Part shown: piece after piece, positions 1 to 11,541 of the stretch | Layout: each line of letters begins with the position of its first letter | Position numbering within the stretch: position 1 is the stretch's first letter | Assembly (NCBI GenBank): GCA_000934665.2 | Contig: KZ539010.1 | Location: 1 to 36,977 of the forward strand | DNA length: 36,977 nucleotides | Direction: 5' to 3' | Source of the DNA: Catajapyx aquilonaris | Lineage: Eukaryota | Translations under genes and position numbers: made by a program | The notes under the pieces: generated by a model | Database searches by the model: none | What the model was told of the DNA's origin: nothing | What the model saw: the letters and a program-made list of their open reading frames with translations, nothing else

Positions 1-438
1 TGAAAGTAGACTTCAAGACCTTTCTTTTGGTGCAATTTCATTAAAATTTGAGGATACACATTTTGGGAATGAGCTGTGAAAGTTTCAAGGTCATGCCTAC
101 AAATGTTATTGATTAATGTGTGAAGATATGATCTCAGCACAAATCTGACAACATTTTTGGAATCGGAAGGTTTCTGTGCATAAGTTCAAATATTTTCAAC
201 TTTCTACACCAATTAGTTAACACACAATAAAATATTTTGAAAAACAAGTCGTGCCTTCACAACTCTGCCGTAGCCATTTTCACCCTCATTTCCCTGGCCA
301 CAGCTCAAGAACTATAAGAGCTGGGAGGCTAAAATTTTCAGGATATTCGTTTCTCAGTACACAGTTTGCCCAGTTAAAATTTCAAGAAAATCTGAGATGG
401 TGGGTGACATGGCTGGATGTACTGACATGGAATGACCC
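1..438. mobile_element. Right end of a Sola2-like non-autonomous DNA transposon, cut by the window edge
   Basis: Ends in TGACATGGAATGACCC, the same terminus as the elements at 1261-3032 and 8291-12265. Confidence 0.55.
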
Positions 439-553
439 CAGAATGAGCTCCAGTTGAGTCATGTTCGAATTCTGTAGGATTAAATGATGGGAAGACCCAG
501 TCCCCAGGTCAGATGTCAGTTTATTTATTGCCTGACATTCGACAAGCATTGAT

Positions 554-609
554 TTGACCCATGACTCTGAAACACCCTGTATACAGGGTGTTTCAGAGTC
601 AGGGGTCAA
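554..609. repeat. 56-bp hairpin made of two outward-facing Tc1-type termini joined by TATA
   Basis: TTGACCCaTGACTCTGAAACACCCTG-TATA-CAGGGTGTTTCAGAGTCAgGGGTCAA. Confidence 0.8.
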
Positions 610-832
610 GCGCGAGCGAGGGGTTGGGGGAAAAATCGTAGGTGGCGACAACCCCGGTCGGTTTTATAAAACAATTAGAAATACGGCTGCAATCAATTTA
701 TATATTACGGCCTACGGCGTGACGTCACATCCTTTCTGTATTCGAATTGACCCCCGCGGACTGGCAAATGCAAGGCAAATGCTTTCTGTTGAACCTGGTT
801 GAACGGGTTTTTAGCCTTGCGGGTTTAACTGT

Positions 833-1065
833 AACTGTGGGGACATTTTCAAATTGTGGGGACATTTCTGGTCCCCACAATTGATTTCACCTGTTGGGTC
901 CAGCTTTAGTGGGGACATGTCCCCACAATTGGGTCTCTTTAAAAACCATTTATCTCAGCCTAGGTTAGTTAGGGTAGGTTAGGTAGGATAGGATAGGTCA
1001 GGTTGGCTTGGGTTAGGTTAGGACAAACTAGGTTTCAAAAGTTGTGTTAGCCATGTCCCCACAGC
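833..1065. repeat. Repeat with multiple TGGGGAC/GTCCCCA units and a degenerate (TTAGG)n-like tract at ~960-1022
   Basis: GTGGGGACA occurs three times and GTCCCCACA three times, with taggttagttagggtaggttaggtaggatagg... between them. The layout is typical of insect Helitron/Helentron-derived small elements (inference). Confidence 0.5.
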
Positions 1066-1260
1066 TAATGGCGTGCAAACAGATGTGTGTGTGTGTGAGG
1101 CATTCCATGTCAAGTGGGCCACCTTTCCGACAAATCTTTGATTACCTTGACCAAATTTTAGTGACATTTACTATCATCGACCTATGCCGGAAGCCAAAAT
1201 ATTATACCTCTGCGTTGTGTGGTTGCATAACTACAGGGTGAGGAATCTGCCAATTTATAC

Positions 1261-3032
1261 AGGTCATTCCATGTCAGTGGGACCCCCTTTGTACCCTTGA
1301 TGTGGCGGATTTGAATGATATTCACAGGTTATGGTGTCCTAGCGCTGCTAAAACATTGTACCAAAGCGTTTTGACATTTTTTGATTTTTACCCGGTTTTT
1401 GGGGGTGGTAATTTTGAGCCTTTTCTTTGAGAGCCATTATTTTTTGGCTGTTTCTCCGCAACTAATAGTGAGACAGATGTGCTTTTGATATCAATTTACT
1501 CAGGTTGGTATAATCGTATTCTATGGTTAATTTTAAAATTTTAAATTTTTGCGTTAAAAAGATTGAAATTGCAAATTTTAAACATTTAATTTTTAAAATT
1601 GCACCCTTTTATTTTTCGCTGGTTTTCACGTATGTTGTAGCCCTACATGTGAACTACATGTGGCCATGTCAGTCCTGTTGGCTAGTATAATACTAAGGAA
1701 GATTGGGCCTCTTGAGTGAGACCCCCTCCATATATGTCGTCATTATGATGGGTACACCCAACATGCAAATCGCCCCACCTTGCTCAGTGCAAATGTTGAT
1801 ATTCAAGTTGGGATGATCACTGGTGGGAGTACGACACATGTAAGACTCCTTTGGTAGCCCACACCCGCCTCCCCAAGCAAACCCATGTCTCCCACCCCAC
1901 AATAAACACAAATTGATTTGTCACTTGAGAGGCGAAATCTCCCGTAATATGAGACTAGCCAACATGACTGTTGTGCACACATGTAGACCACATATAGGGC
2001 TACAACATAACTCAAAACCAGCGAAACATAAAGAGGTATAATTTAAAATATTTAATGTTTCGATTTTAAAATTTAAACATTTTTAACAAACAAAATTTAA
2101 ATTTCACATTTTACCATGGCGTACGCTTCTACCAGTATTTCTGAGTACAATGCCACCAAATTCACTTCTGTATCATGATTAGTTCCAGAGAAAAAGCCAA
2201 AAGAAATCTGTAAAGAAATTATCACTCCCCCAAAAATCGGCAAAAATCAGTATTTTTCAAAACGCTTTGGTACAATGTTTTAGCATCGCTGTGTCATCGA
2301 AAACCCAGAAAATCATAAAAATCCGCCACATGAAGGGTCCAAACGGGGCCGAACTGACAAATCAATTTGTTTATTGTGGGGTGGGACGTGGGAGGCATGG
2401 GTTTGCTTGGGGAGGGGGGTGTGGGCTACCAAAGGAGTCGTACATGTGTCATACTCTCACCAGTGATCATCCCAACTTGAATATCAACATTTGCACTGAG
2501 CAAGGTGGGGCGATTTGCATGTTGGGTATACCCATCATAATGACGACATATATGGAGGGGGTCTCACTTAAGAGGCCCTATCTTCCTTAGTATTATACTA
2601 GTCAACAGGACTGATATGGCCACATGTAGTTCACATGTAGGGCTACAACATATGTGAAAACCAGCGAAAAATAAAGGGGTGCAATTTTAAAAATTAAATG
2701 TTTAAAATTTGCAATTTCAATCTTTTTAACGCAAAAATTTAAAATTATAAAATTAACCATAGAATGCGATTATATCACCCTTTCTTAGTAAATTTATTTC
2801 GAAAGCACATCTGTCTCACGATTAGTTGCGGAGAAACAGCCAAAAGAAAAATGGCTTTCAAAGAAAAGGCTCAAAATTACGACCCCCCCCCCAAAAGACA
2901 GGTAAAAATCAAAAAATGTCAAAACGCTTTGGTACAATGTTTTAGCAGCGCTAGGTCACCATAACCTGTGAATATAATTCAAATCCGCCACATCAAGGGT
3001 ACAAAGGGGGTCCCGCTGACATGGAATGACCC
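1261..3032. mobile_element. Sola2-like fold-back element with ~660-bp inverted arms
   Basis: Termini (A/G)GGTCATTCCATGTCA...TGACATGGAATGACCC with a 4-bp TSD ATAC (1257-1260 and 3033-3036). Arms ~1261-1925 and ~2352-3032 are near-identical reverse complements. GRG...CYC ends plus a 4-bp TSD fit Sola2. Confidence 0.8.
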
Positions 3033-3771
3033 ATACGGATTTTTCCTTCGCATGCAGTCACTTGGATTACCATAACTCCAAGAGGATACGTACAAATCCG
3101 AAACTTGATGTGTGTGTTGGAGACCTAATTTAACGCTCTATGGGATGGCCATACTGACGATTATGAGCATCAAAAATTTAAAGTAAAAAATTGTCGTTCC
3201 AATTTTGATTTTCATTTTTCTCAAACTTGGCCCCTTTTGAAATTTTTTGAATGACCCTTAAAATGAAGCTGGATATGGCTGGCTGTTATTTCCGAATTTG
3301 GTCTTTCACGCGTGAGAAGCCGAAACGCAACCCATGAATGGACTTTTGCTTCTCATGCAGTCACTTGGATTGCCATATCTCTGAGAGGATAAGTACAAAT
3401 CCTAAATTTGATATGTGCATTAGAAAGGTATTTTCACACTCTGTAAGATGGGTATTCTCATCTTAATAAAATCCAAATATTTGGATCCAAAATGGCATCC
3501 AAAATTATGATTTTTCACATTTACTATTTCTTTTGAATGGCACTTGAAATTGCACCAGAAATGTTTTCAAGAGATTTTCACAAAATGTGGAGCACAAGTC
3601 CCATTATATGCCACCTACAAAACATGTTATGCATTTTAAGCGCTTCTGAGAAAGGAGTTGGCTTCGGGATTTTTAGAGAATGTTTATTGTAGTGTAAGAA
3701 TGATCTAAAAAACCTTTCACGGGGATATATGATGTAGTGGACATTTTTCGATCCAGATATAATTTTTAAAA

Positions 3772-3873
3772 TGCCAACTTAGCAATTGTATCATTGTTAT
3801 TAAGCAACAATGAGAAGGGCTGATGCTTCATAAAATATCTGATTGTTGCTCAATAACAATTGCTAAGTTGGCA
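3772..3873. repeat. ~100-bp imperfect hairpin (MITE remnant)
   Basis: TGCCAACTTAGCAATTGT...ACAATTGCTAAGTTGGCA. Confidence 0.7.
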
Positions 3874-4643
3874 GGGTCTAAATTTTTGTGACATAATTCT
3901 TTAAAAATAAGGGAGAAAGAAATATGGTTGATACAAAATGTTTGTAGGGGAAGTCTTCCCGAGTGTACCCAATAGGGTGAATTGGGAATAAACAATACAG
4001 TAAACTATATTATCATAATTATTATTGTCTCTGCTAATGTGCATCTGCATAGGGGACTTTTTCGAGTGCCTGTAAACAGTATGGCTCTTCTCTCATCATT
4101 TCAGTTTTTAATTCAGGAGTTATCTAATAAGGAAGGAGTTAGGTCTGCTGGGCTCTACAAATCAGGGTGGCATGTTTTAAAAAAAAACTGTAGTCAAATG
4201 AAGCAAGTAATATAGGGTAGTGCCGGGGAAGGGGAGGTCACGCATTTATGGAACCATGTTTAGGGGGTCGCAGTTGGTAAAAGGTTGGAAACCACTGGAC
4301 TAATGATTGTAGTAGAGTCTGTTAGGGTCAAAATTTGACAGGATGGGGACAGGTCAGACAAAAGCATCAAATTTTTTTCATGGAAGCTGTAGTTCTGACG
4401 CTTTAGATTTTTGGTAGGATCCACGTGATCAAGACAATGGGTAATGATTTGAGTCGAGTCCAGATTTTTAGGCAATGATTTTAGGCAAATGCTTATTTAG
4501 TTTATTTGCAGTTGGGATTGTTTTGTGAAGTATCCATTTCATAAGTGCAGATATGGAAAATGTAGATTTTATAGTGCCTAAAATGGTGTATTTCGTGGTT
4601 TTGGGAACTATTTTGCTTATTCTGGCTTTTTGCCCCTACATTT

Positions 4644-5082
4644 ATATGTTACTTAGCAGGACATTTATTTTAATGAACCCAAGGGGCCACACAAACTCGA
4701 AGACAGTATTAAAATTAATTACAAAAAATGTAACACAGAATTTTAAAATATTATGGTGAGTGGACTTTTTCTGAATTTCCTACAAGTTGGTGTGCAACAT
4801 TTAATGGGGTTATTTATAAATTAAATTAATACAAATGTGATAACATTGTCTATTTAGACCTCAGTCCAATGTGCTATGAAAAAAAATATCAATTCAATTT
4901 AATGTGAAATGGGTTTTAAAATCCCCGCATTAGAAATGAACAGAAAATTCGACATCTGCAAGCCGCGATAACCATATTAAAATTTCATGGTAGATTTTTT
5001 GTAATTAATTCTAATGCTGTCTTAGGATTTGCGTGGCCCCTCAGGTTCATTTTTAAAATTAATGTCCTGCTAAGTAATATAC
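4644..5082. repeat. Diverged inverted repeat with ~110-bp arms (old MITE)
   Basis: TTACTTAGCAGGACATT...GGGGCCACACAAA versus TTTGCGTGGCCCC...AATGTCCTGCTAAGTAA. Confidence 0.65.
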
Positions 5083-5248
5083 CAATGCAGTGGCAGCAAT
5101 TTTTACCGGACTCCATGGAAATTCGCTGTCCAAGGTGTGATCACATTTATTTCAGTTGTTAACTGTCAAATCAACTTCAACTTTTATGTCCCCCTAACTC
5201 CTATGTTACAATTAATAATTATCCATTCTAAAGTCCAGATAATCTTAA

Positions 5249-5839
5249 CCCTTTCACTACCAGATAGGCCCGAACCACACAGATTTCGGCTTACGCGTAC
5301 AACGAAGATACAGACAAGATATTTTACGTATCCCTTTTTTAGACATTCATTCAGGGACTTTTAGACAAGTAAAATTGTTCCAGACACATAACGTTTTCCC
5401 AGATCGGGTAAGTATAGCTGTTATTATTTGAAATATAATAATATAATAATTCATACCCCGTTATCAGCAGGCGGCTCTTTAGTGGGGGGAGTTCATCCCA
5501 ATTTTGTTTTGACTGGAACTCTTTGCTTTCTTATTTACTTCGCTTTTTGGGATAGGATAGGGCCGGAAGGAAGCGGCTGTGGCCTAATTATTTAGGAAAC
5601 AATCCCGGAATTCTCCTGGGGGGGGGGGGGGGGGGACNGGGGACTGCGGGAAACCGCAGAAAACCGCAGAAAACCATGGTTAGGATTGCCCGCCCCAGGA
5701 CCTCCCGATTAGCAGTTGAACACCTTATCCACTCCACCAAACTCTGTCGGTTGATTATTTGTATAATATCTTGTCAGTATCTTCGGAGTACGCGTAAGCC
5801 GAAACCTGCGTAGTTCGGGCCTATCTGATAGCGAAGGGC
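5249..5839. mobile_element. piggyBac-like MITE containing a SINE insertion
   Basis: TTAA|CCCTTTCACTACCAGATAGGCCCGAACC...GGGCCTATCTGATAGCGAAGGGC|TTAC; ~55-bp TIRs; related copy at 21403. Confidence 0.7.
5434..5752 (-). mobile_element. tRNA-derived SINE, family B (head partly deleted)
   Basis: Shares the core GGTTTTCTGYGGTTTCCC...AGGCCACAGCCGCTTCCTTCC and the tail GATAACGGGGTATGA(ATT)n with the copies at 15735 and 32101. Confidence 0.8.
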
Positions 5840-6358
5840 TTACGGAGATTTTGTATCACATTTTGTTTATTACCCCCACCACTCCACTTTTTGGGGGTGG
5901 GCGAACAACACTGAGGTTGGGCAAGTATGTATAAGTATGTTAGGGGTATCTGCATCAATGGGGCTCCCCTTTGCTATGACCCTGGATTTTTGTCATATTC
6001 AAGAATATTGTGGTACCCATGGATGGGTTTGCATAACCAAGTTTGCTTATCTGGACGATGTGCAGTTGCGAAACTACAGGGTGTCTAATGTGCCAATTTT
6101 CGAGCATTTTTGCTCTGTAAGTGTCAGTAAGCTGTAGCTTGGAGGACAAATCCCAGAAGATTAGTTAATTCCTAAACTTGATGTGTGCATTTGAAAGGTT
6201 GGAAGAAATGCCACACTAGCCCCTTTACCACACTTACCCGACTTTACTTTAATTAATAATTTGTGGTCCAGACTTGCGGAACACCCTGTACTTTCTTCAT
6301 TGCATGTAAACAAACTTGCATGGTGTAGGCAGTTTGTGACGCAACATCTTTATGCTAA

Positions 6359-6898
6359 AGGCAACGGATTTCTTAGAGTGAACAGACACGCCCCCCCGGG
6401 CGAACCAATGGGGTCGCCTGTATGACCGTGCGTCACAGTGAGGTTGCCAGGTGAAATATAATAAATTTAATTGACGGTGTATTTTAAAAAGGAATTCGAC
6501 CGATATCAATTATTTGGTTCTGACATAATTTATGAACACTAAAGCATTATTTAGAATGGCGTTATTAGTTACTGACGCGAAAAATTAAAATCAGCAACCT
6601 TGCCACATGGGGACTACTTTCAAGGCGAGAGACAAAAGAGCATCGGGATCCGTGCCCGCGTAATTTCGAAGCATTGTTCGAATCCAAGGCAACGGTGTTC
6701 GAATGTCTTCTTTTCACTTCTTTTCGGCGCGCATAAGCACCATCAGAGTAAGGTGTCCGGCTCTGGCGGAGGGATACATGTTGTTATGGTGCCAAAGTGG
6801 TGGGGGGAGAAGTTGGGGAGGAGGGAGGAGGGAGGAGAGAAGTTTGTTTGGGGGCGGGGCCATGGGCCCAGCAGTTCACTCTAAGAAATTCATTGCCT
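6359..6898. mobile_element. PIF/Harbinger-like MITE
   Basis: TIR AGGCAACGGATTTCTTAGAGTGAAC / GTTCACTCTAAGAAATTCATTGCCT; flanks TAA and TTA (imperfect TSD). Confidence 0.55.
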
Positions 6899-7413
6899 TT
6901 AGTGGCTGTTATTATTATATCGGGGATCCGAGTTATGTAGAAATCGATTTGCAGACCTCAGGAATGTATCAACCCCGTTCATGGACCCGGGACTTCCTGT
7001 ATAGCCAATTTACAACATTCAAACCTGGAATTTTACCAGTCAGGTTATTGGTGGGGAAACTCGGAGTTCGACTTTTCACCTACGGTATTATTAGAAACAA
7101 CTTGTGTTAAAAATTATTTAGTTCCATGCCATAACCTATTTTTTAACATTTTATTTTCAGTGAAATTGGTACATCGTTGAGTATGATGTTAGAGGTTAAA
7201 ATATATATTTTTAGAGAAGTATTACCTAAGCTCCTTGGTTTTGCATGTTGCTGGACAAGAAGTGTTATGAAACAATGAAATGGAGTGAAGCATTTTTGCA
7301 GCATACATTGTGTTGTTTGAGTAAGATTTATTAGACATCACTTAACACATACCTTGCAAGTACAACCCTTGCATTTTATATTGTTTATGAGTGTCTACCA
7401 TTTCTGTTTAAAT

Positions 7414-7859
7414 CAGTGGTTCCCAAGCCCTGGGTCACCAACATGTTTTTAAGAGTCGCAGGAAGGTCGGGAAAAGGTAATAAAAATACGGAGAAATAAG
7501 AAAAAAAAAAGGCCAAGAAGTGGGGGGGGGAGTCATCTTAAATCTACATAAGCATTGTACTGTATAGTCAGCTAAAGGATTACCTTTGCACACCAGGACG
7601 AGAAATTAGCCTCCAACAGAGGTGCTGCCTCCCCCTGATGCAATGACTCGCACTCCCCTAGGTAGCACCTCTGTTGGAGGCTAATTTCCCAGCCTGGTGT
7701 GGAAAGGTAATCCTTTAGCTGACTGTACCTGGTTGAGTGGTTGGGAATTCACAATTTCGGGAAAAGAATTGATATTGTCGGGGGGAGGGTCCACACGGGT
7801 CGCCAGGTTGAGGAAAGGTTGTAGATAGGGTCGTGCTTTAAAAAGGTTGGGAACCACTG
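7414..7859. mobile_element. hAT (Charlie/Buster-type) MITE
   Basis: TIR CAGTGGTTCCCAA...TTGGGAACCACTG; perfect 8-bp TSD GTTTAAAT (7406-7413 and 7860-7867). Confidence 0.88.
7565..7725. mobile_element. TA-flanked hairpin MITE nested in the hAT element
   Basis: TA|(T/C)AGTCAGCTAAAGGATTACCTTT...AAAGGTAATCCTTTAGCTGACTG|TA; ~65-bp arms. Confidence 0.8.
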
Positions 7860-7942
7860 GTTTAAATAATTGTATACTAATGTTAATGTGGACCACTTCC
7901 AGAAGTTCCAAACTCTTAATTTCACTTTCTTCTTTGGTCCAG

Positions 7943-8161
7943 ACGCAATGAGGTCAATAGCAGGCATGTCTCAAGATCTGCATCATCCATCAGACTATGA
8001 ACGTCTCCTCCTTGGGCTGTTGTCTCCACTGCCCAATGAGCAGGATTTTGCTATTAATGTGTGCACACTCCTTTCCAATGAGGGAAGGCACACACTCAAG
8101 CTTGAGAGGTGTCCAAGACTACTTGATGCACTGCTGTCCCATGCAGGTGTTTTCTCACATT
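7943..8161 (+). CDS. ARID2: ARID2/BAF200 (Bap170-like) internal coding exon A, post-ARID ARM-like region
   Basis: Peptide [55 protein letters not shown] matches the conserved ARID2 motif (human [33 protein letters not shown]). Acceptor ttctttggtccAG ends at 7942, donor GTaagt starts at 8162; phase 1 to phase 1. Confidence 0.93.
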
Positions 8162-8169
8162 GTAAGTTC

Positions 8170-8170
<1 letters not shown>

Positions 8171-8236
<66 letters not shown>
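8171..8236 (+). repeat. (TAA)n microsatellite, ~22 units
   Basis: Pure TAA run starting 9 nt after the first base of the exon A donor. Confidence 0.95.
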
Positions 8237-8237
<1 letters not shown>

Positions 8238-8606
8238 CACAGTGAAACCTGTTTATAGCAAACCCTGGATATAATGGGAACTTTCCTGCTGGGTCATTCC
8301 ATGTCAATCAGCTACAAATGGTGGTGGCTCAACCCCTTCCGAGTTAACTGAAAAAAATCAGGTAGGTAGGGATCCACACTTTATTGCAAAATCCTAAATT
8401 TGAGGCCACTGGAGTCAAATCTCATGGAGACATAACAATGTCAAGATCAACAATGACGTCCATATCAAGTATTTTTAACTCTTCAGACTGTTCTCTCAAC
8501 ACCGACATGTTATATATCAAATGGGAGGTAAGGCAGAGAGGAATTACATGGTTGCAAAATATTTGACTAACTTGAAAAATCATATTGAAAAAAATTCGTA
8601 CATATA

Positions 8607-9367
8607 TGAGGGCTATTTTTTAGTCAAGTTCCGATGGGCTGTGAAATAAAAACAAGAGCTATGAAAACAAAATTAATACTTACAAAAGTTAGCTACATTC
8701 TCATGCTATTTTTGTATGTAGTCATCATCCCTATTGAATCACTTGTCATAATGCTGCACCATTTTTGTATCGCTACACCATAGAAGGTTGCCGCCTGGCT
8801 ATACCGAGCCAACCTATCACTCTTTTTCAGCTCTCCACAGTTCAGCTCACTCTTCACAACGATTGTGATAGCCCAGCTTTCCTGTCACAATGTCATAAAG
8901 AGCTGACCTCGAAATGTGGGGGAAAACCATCAGACAGGTCAGAAATTGTGACCCAAGGCTCCAAAACCACATTGCTGACTTTTCAACAACATCGTCAATC
9001 GCCACAGATTTTCTCCCTTGACCTTCCTCATCATGGACATCAATTCATCTTTGAAAATTCTGACACAGCAATGTCACTCATGCACTTTACTCCATACCCA
9101 TTACATGATCTCCTATGAATTTCGGCTGTGTTGTGTCATTTAGCATGGAGAAATCAAATTACAGAGAGAACATAGCATTTGGCGAGTGTCGATTGTATTG
9201 GGGTTACAAAAGATGGTGCCAGGTTATGACAAGTGACTCAATCGGGTAGGTGACTATGTGGAGAAGTAGCAGAAGGATGACTCACTTTTGTGAGTATTAA
9301 AAGATTTTTCATTACCCTGGTTTTTTTTTTCACGGCTCATCGGAACTTAGTTAAAAAATAGCCCTCC
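8607..9367 (-). mobile_element. Internally deleted mariner transposon relic
   Basis: TA TSD and TIR GAGGGCTATTTTTTA...GTTCCGATG. Minus-strand fragments EIHRR..YG..MS, DVHDEEGQGRKSV and FPHISRSALYDIVTGKLGYH (mariner N-terminal region), plus C-terminal VQHYDK*FNRDDDYIQK*. The catalytic domain is missing. Confidence 0.85.
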
Positions 9368-9781
9368 TATGTATAAATCACTATAGGCCTATTCCCGATA
9401 GCCGTAACTCGTAACATTTTGATTTTAACAAAGTGATACTTAGGATATTGGGCAAGCACCTTTGCCTAAATGTCAATGCAAAACCTCATTGTGATAGGTC
9501 ACGCAGGGTTGGAAATAAAAAATTCCGAAAACATGAATCACCGCATTTCGCCGATTTTCGAGCTCATTCTCGAGGTGGGGCTGGACCAATTATGTGTTTT
9601 GTTATGTCAATAGATTCCTTGGATCATCCCCTATTCAGAAATGCATAAACCATTCTTTATCCGTGAGCGATAAATATTAATAGGAGAATTTTCAAACGAA
9701 TCGGTGCATAAGGCGGTGCACAGAATCATTGCCATCGTATAAACATAAGAAATGTCATATGCAGTCTCTGACAAATGGACT

Positions 9782-9919
9782 ATCGGATTCAAATACTTTG
9801 GGCCACTTTATCGTGGTCTTGAAGCAACCCTTCGCACAGACCCCACGTTAAGGAGGTGTCTGTGCGTGAATGGTTGCTTCAAGACCAGGATAAAGTGGCC
9901 AAAAGTATTTGAACCCGAT
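9782..9919. mobile_element. ~138-bp hairpin MITE inserted in the left arm of the large fold-back element
   Basis: ATCGGATTCAAATACTTTGGGCCACTTTATC...GATAAAGTGGCCAAAAGTATTTGAACCCGAT; absent from the matching right arm near 11170. Confidence 0.8.
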
Positions 9920-10327
9920 TTACACATTACTTTTTCAAAAATCCACATGTATTGTAATCGTTACTGGCATATGTGACAGTGTTTCAAAAGTGCAAGAAAT
10001 TTATTGCAATCTACTTACCATAGAATCACTGCTGTTTCCTTCTGTTCATGATCCATTGTGTAACATAGATTACTTCCCTTTTTTGGCTGAAGGAAAGGTT
10101 TTATAGTTGCTGCTGTCAGAGGTTTTATAAACCTGCACGGCATTGTCATTTAGAGAGACCTAACTAAGCCTTGGCCGCATGGATGGGATGGCCAGTGCTT
10201 TCTGAAACCCCCTCCTCTCTGTCCCTCTGCGTCTCTCCCTCTCCCCCTCCCTCCTTCCCCCCTCCCTCTCTCTTTTTTACACCCCCCCCCCCCCCCCGGG
10301 GCCCCCTTGGGGGGGGGGGGGGGGGNT

Positions 10328-10575
10328 TTTTTTTTTTTTTTTTCCAACTCTGGTGCAAGGATGAAAGGACATGGGGTAAGGATGGGGATTTCTGGGGAGG
10401 AGACACAGTGCAATGTCTGCAAAAGGTGGGTCACGTGCAGTCTCCCTGGGGGTTAGGTTGCCAGACGCCTCCAAGGCCCAGGTCAGACGCAGGCGAAAGG
10501 GAACTCAGGGGTTCGAATCCGGGACCTTCTGCACAGAAAGCCGAGACGTTACCGTCTCGGCCACCGCGCCTCCCC
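10328..10575 (-). mobile_element. tRNA-derived SINE, family A (3' end lost at a poly-G/N assembly junction)
   Basis: Head GGGGAGGCGCGGTGGCCGAGACGG (A box) and GATTCGAACCC (B box); body matches the copies at 11542 and 24382. Confidence 0.8.
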
Positions 10576-10632
10576 CTCAAACCTCTCTTCTAATGGAGGC
10601 CTAATTTTCTCCAGCCTAGTAGCGGGTCACCA

Positions 10633-10960
10633 AATTTTATTTTATTTATTTGTTTTTATTTATTTATTTTATTTTACCCTGTGATAGGGCATAGCCCTTT
10701 TAGGGGGGTGGCATACCACCGTCAGTTTTCTTCGATTTTTCTGGCAATTACTACACACATGGGTGGGGCCAAGAATAGGAACGGAAGGAAGCAGCTGAGG
10801 CGTGTCTTTTTTTGTGGAAATGACCCCGGAATTATCCTGGGGGGACCGTGGGAAACCACAGAAAACTACTGTAAGGGTCGCCGGGCCCGGGATTCGAACC
10901 CAGGACCTCCCAATTAGCAGGCGGACTCTATATCCACTACACCAACCTGCTTTGGTACCC
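10633..10960 (-). mobile_element. tRNA-derived SINE with B-type head/core and A-type tail
   Basis: A box TGGTGTAGTGG, B box GGTTCGAATCC; tail GCCCTATCACAGGGTA(AAAT)n; TSD AGTAGCGGGTCACCA / AGTAGAGGGGCACCA (10618-10632 and 10961-10975). Confidence 0.85.
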
Positions 10961-11541
10961 AGTAGAGGGGCACCATATGGGGATTATAAAACTATAAAAC
11001 ATTTCCTGCAGCCAGAGAAGGGATGTAATCTATGTTACACAATGGATCATGAACGGAGGCAACCTGCAGTGATTCCATGGTAAGTCGATTGCAATTTCTC
11101 ACACTTTTGAAACCCTGTCACATATGCGAGTAATGATTACAATGTGTGTGCATTTTTGAAAAAAGTAATCAGTGCATGTGTCAGGGACTGCATATGACAT
11201 TTCCTATGTTTATACGATGGCAATGATTCCATGAACCGCCTTATGCACCCATGCGTTTCAAAATTTGCCAATCAATTATCACTCACGGGTAAAGAATGGT
11301 TTATGCATTTCTGAATTGGATGATCCAAGGAATCGATTGACATCCCAAAAGTCTTAATTGGTCCAGCCCCACCTCAAGAAATTTGAGTTCAAAAACTGGC
11401 GAAATGCGGTGATTCATGGTTTTGGGATTTTAACATTTCCAACCCTGCGTGATCGATGACAATGAAGTTTTGCATGTGCATTTAGGCAAAGGTGATTGCC
11501 CTATACCCTAAATATCACTTTGTTAAAATCGTAATGTTATA

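Noticed and set aside
960..1022. True interstitial telomere or chromosome fusion site
   Set aside because: Short, degenerate, single orientation and embedded in a transposon-like scaffold.
1693..2590. Two ORFs on opposite strands encoding almost the same peptide (GRHGFAWGGGCGLPKESYMC...)
   Set aside because: They are mirror images produced by the 660-bp inverted arms; no known domain or splice support.
1..7900. Upstream ARID-domain exons or a promoter of ARID2
   Set aside because: No ARID-like peptide was found; the region is repeat-filled and exon A starts in phase 1, so earlier exons lie outside the window. A very short exon could be missed by eye.
7870..8274. 134-aa ORF ending in poly-Ile as a complete protein
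   Set aside because: Only 7943-8161 is exon; the poly-Ile is the intronic (TAA)n and the N-terminus is the polypyrimidine tract.
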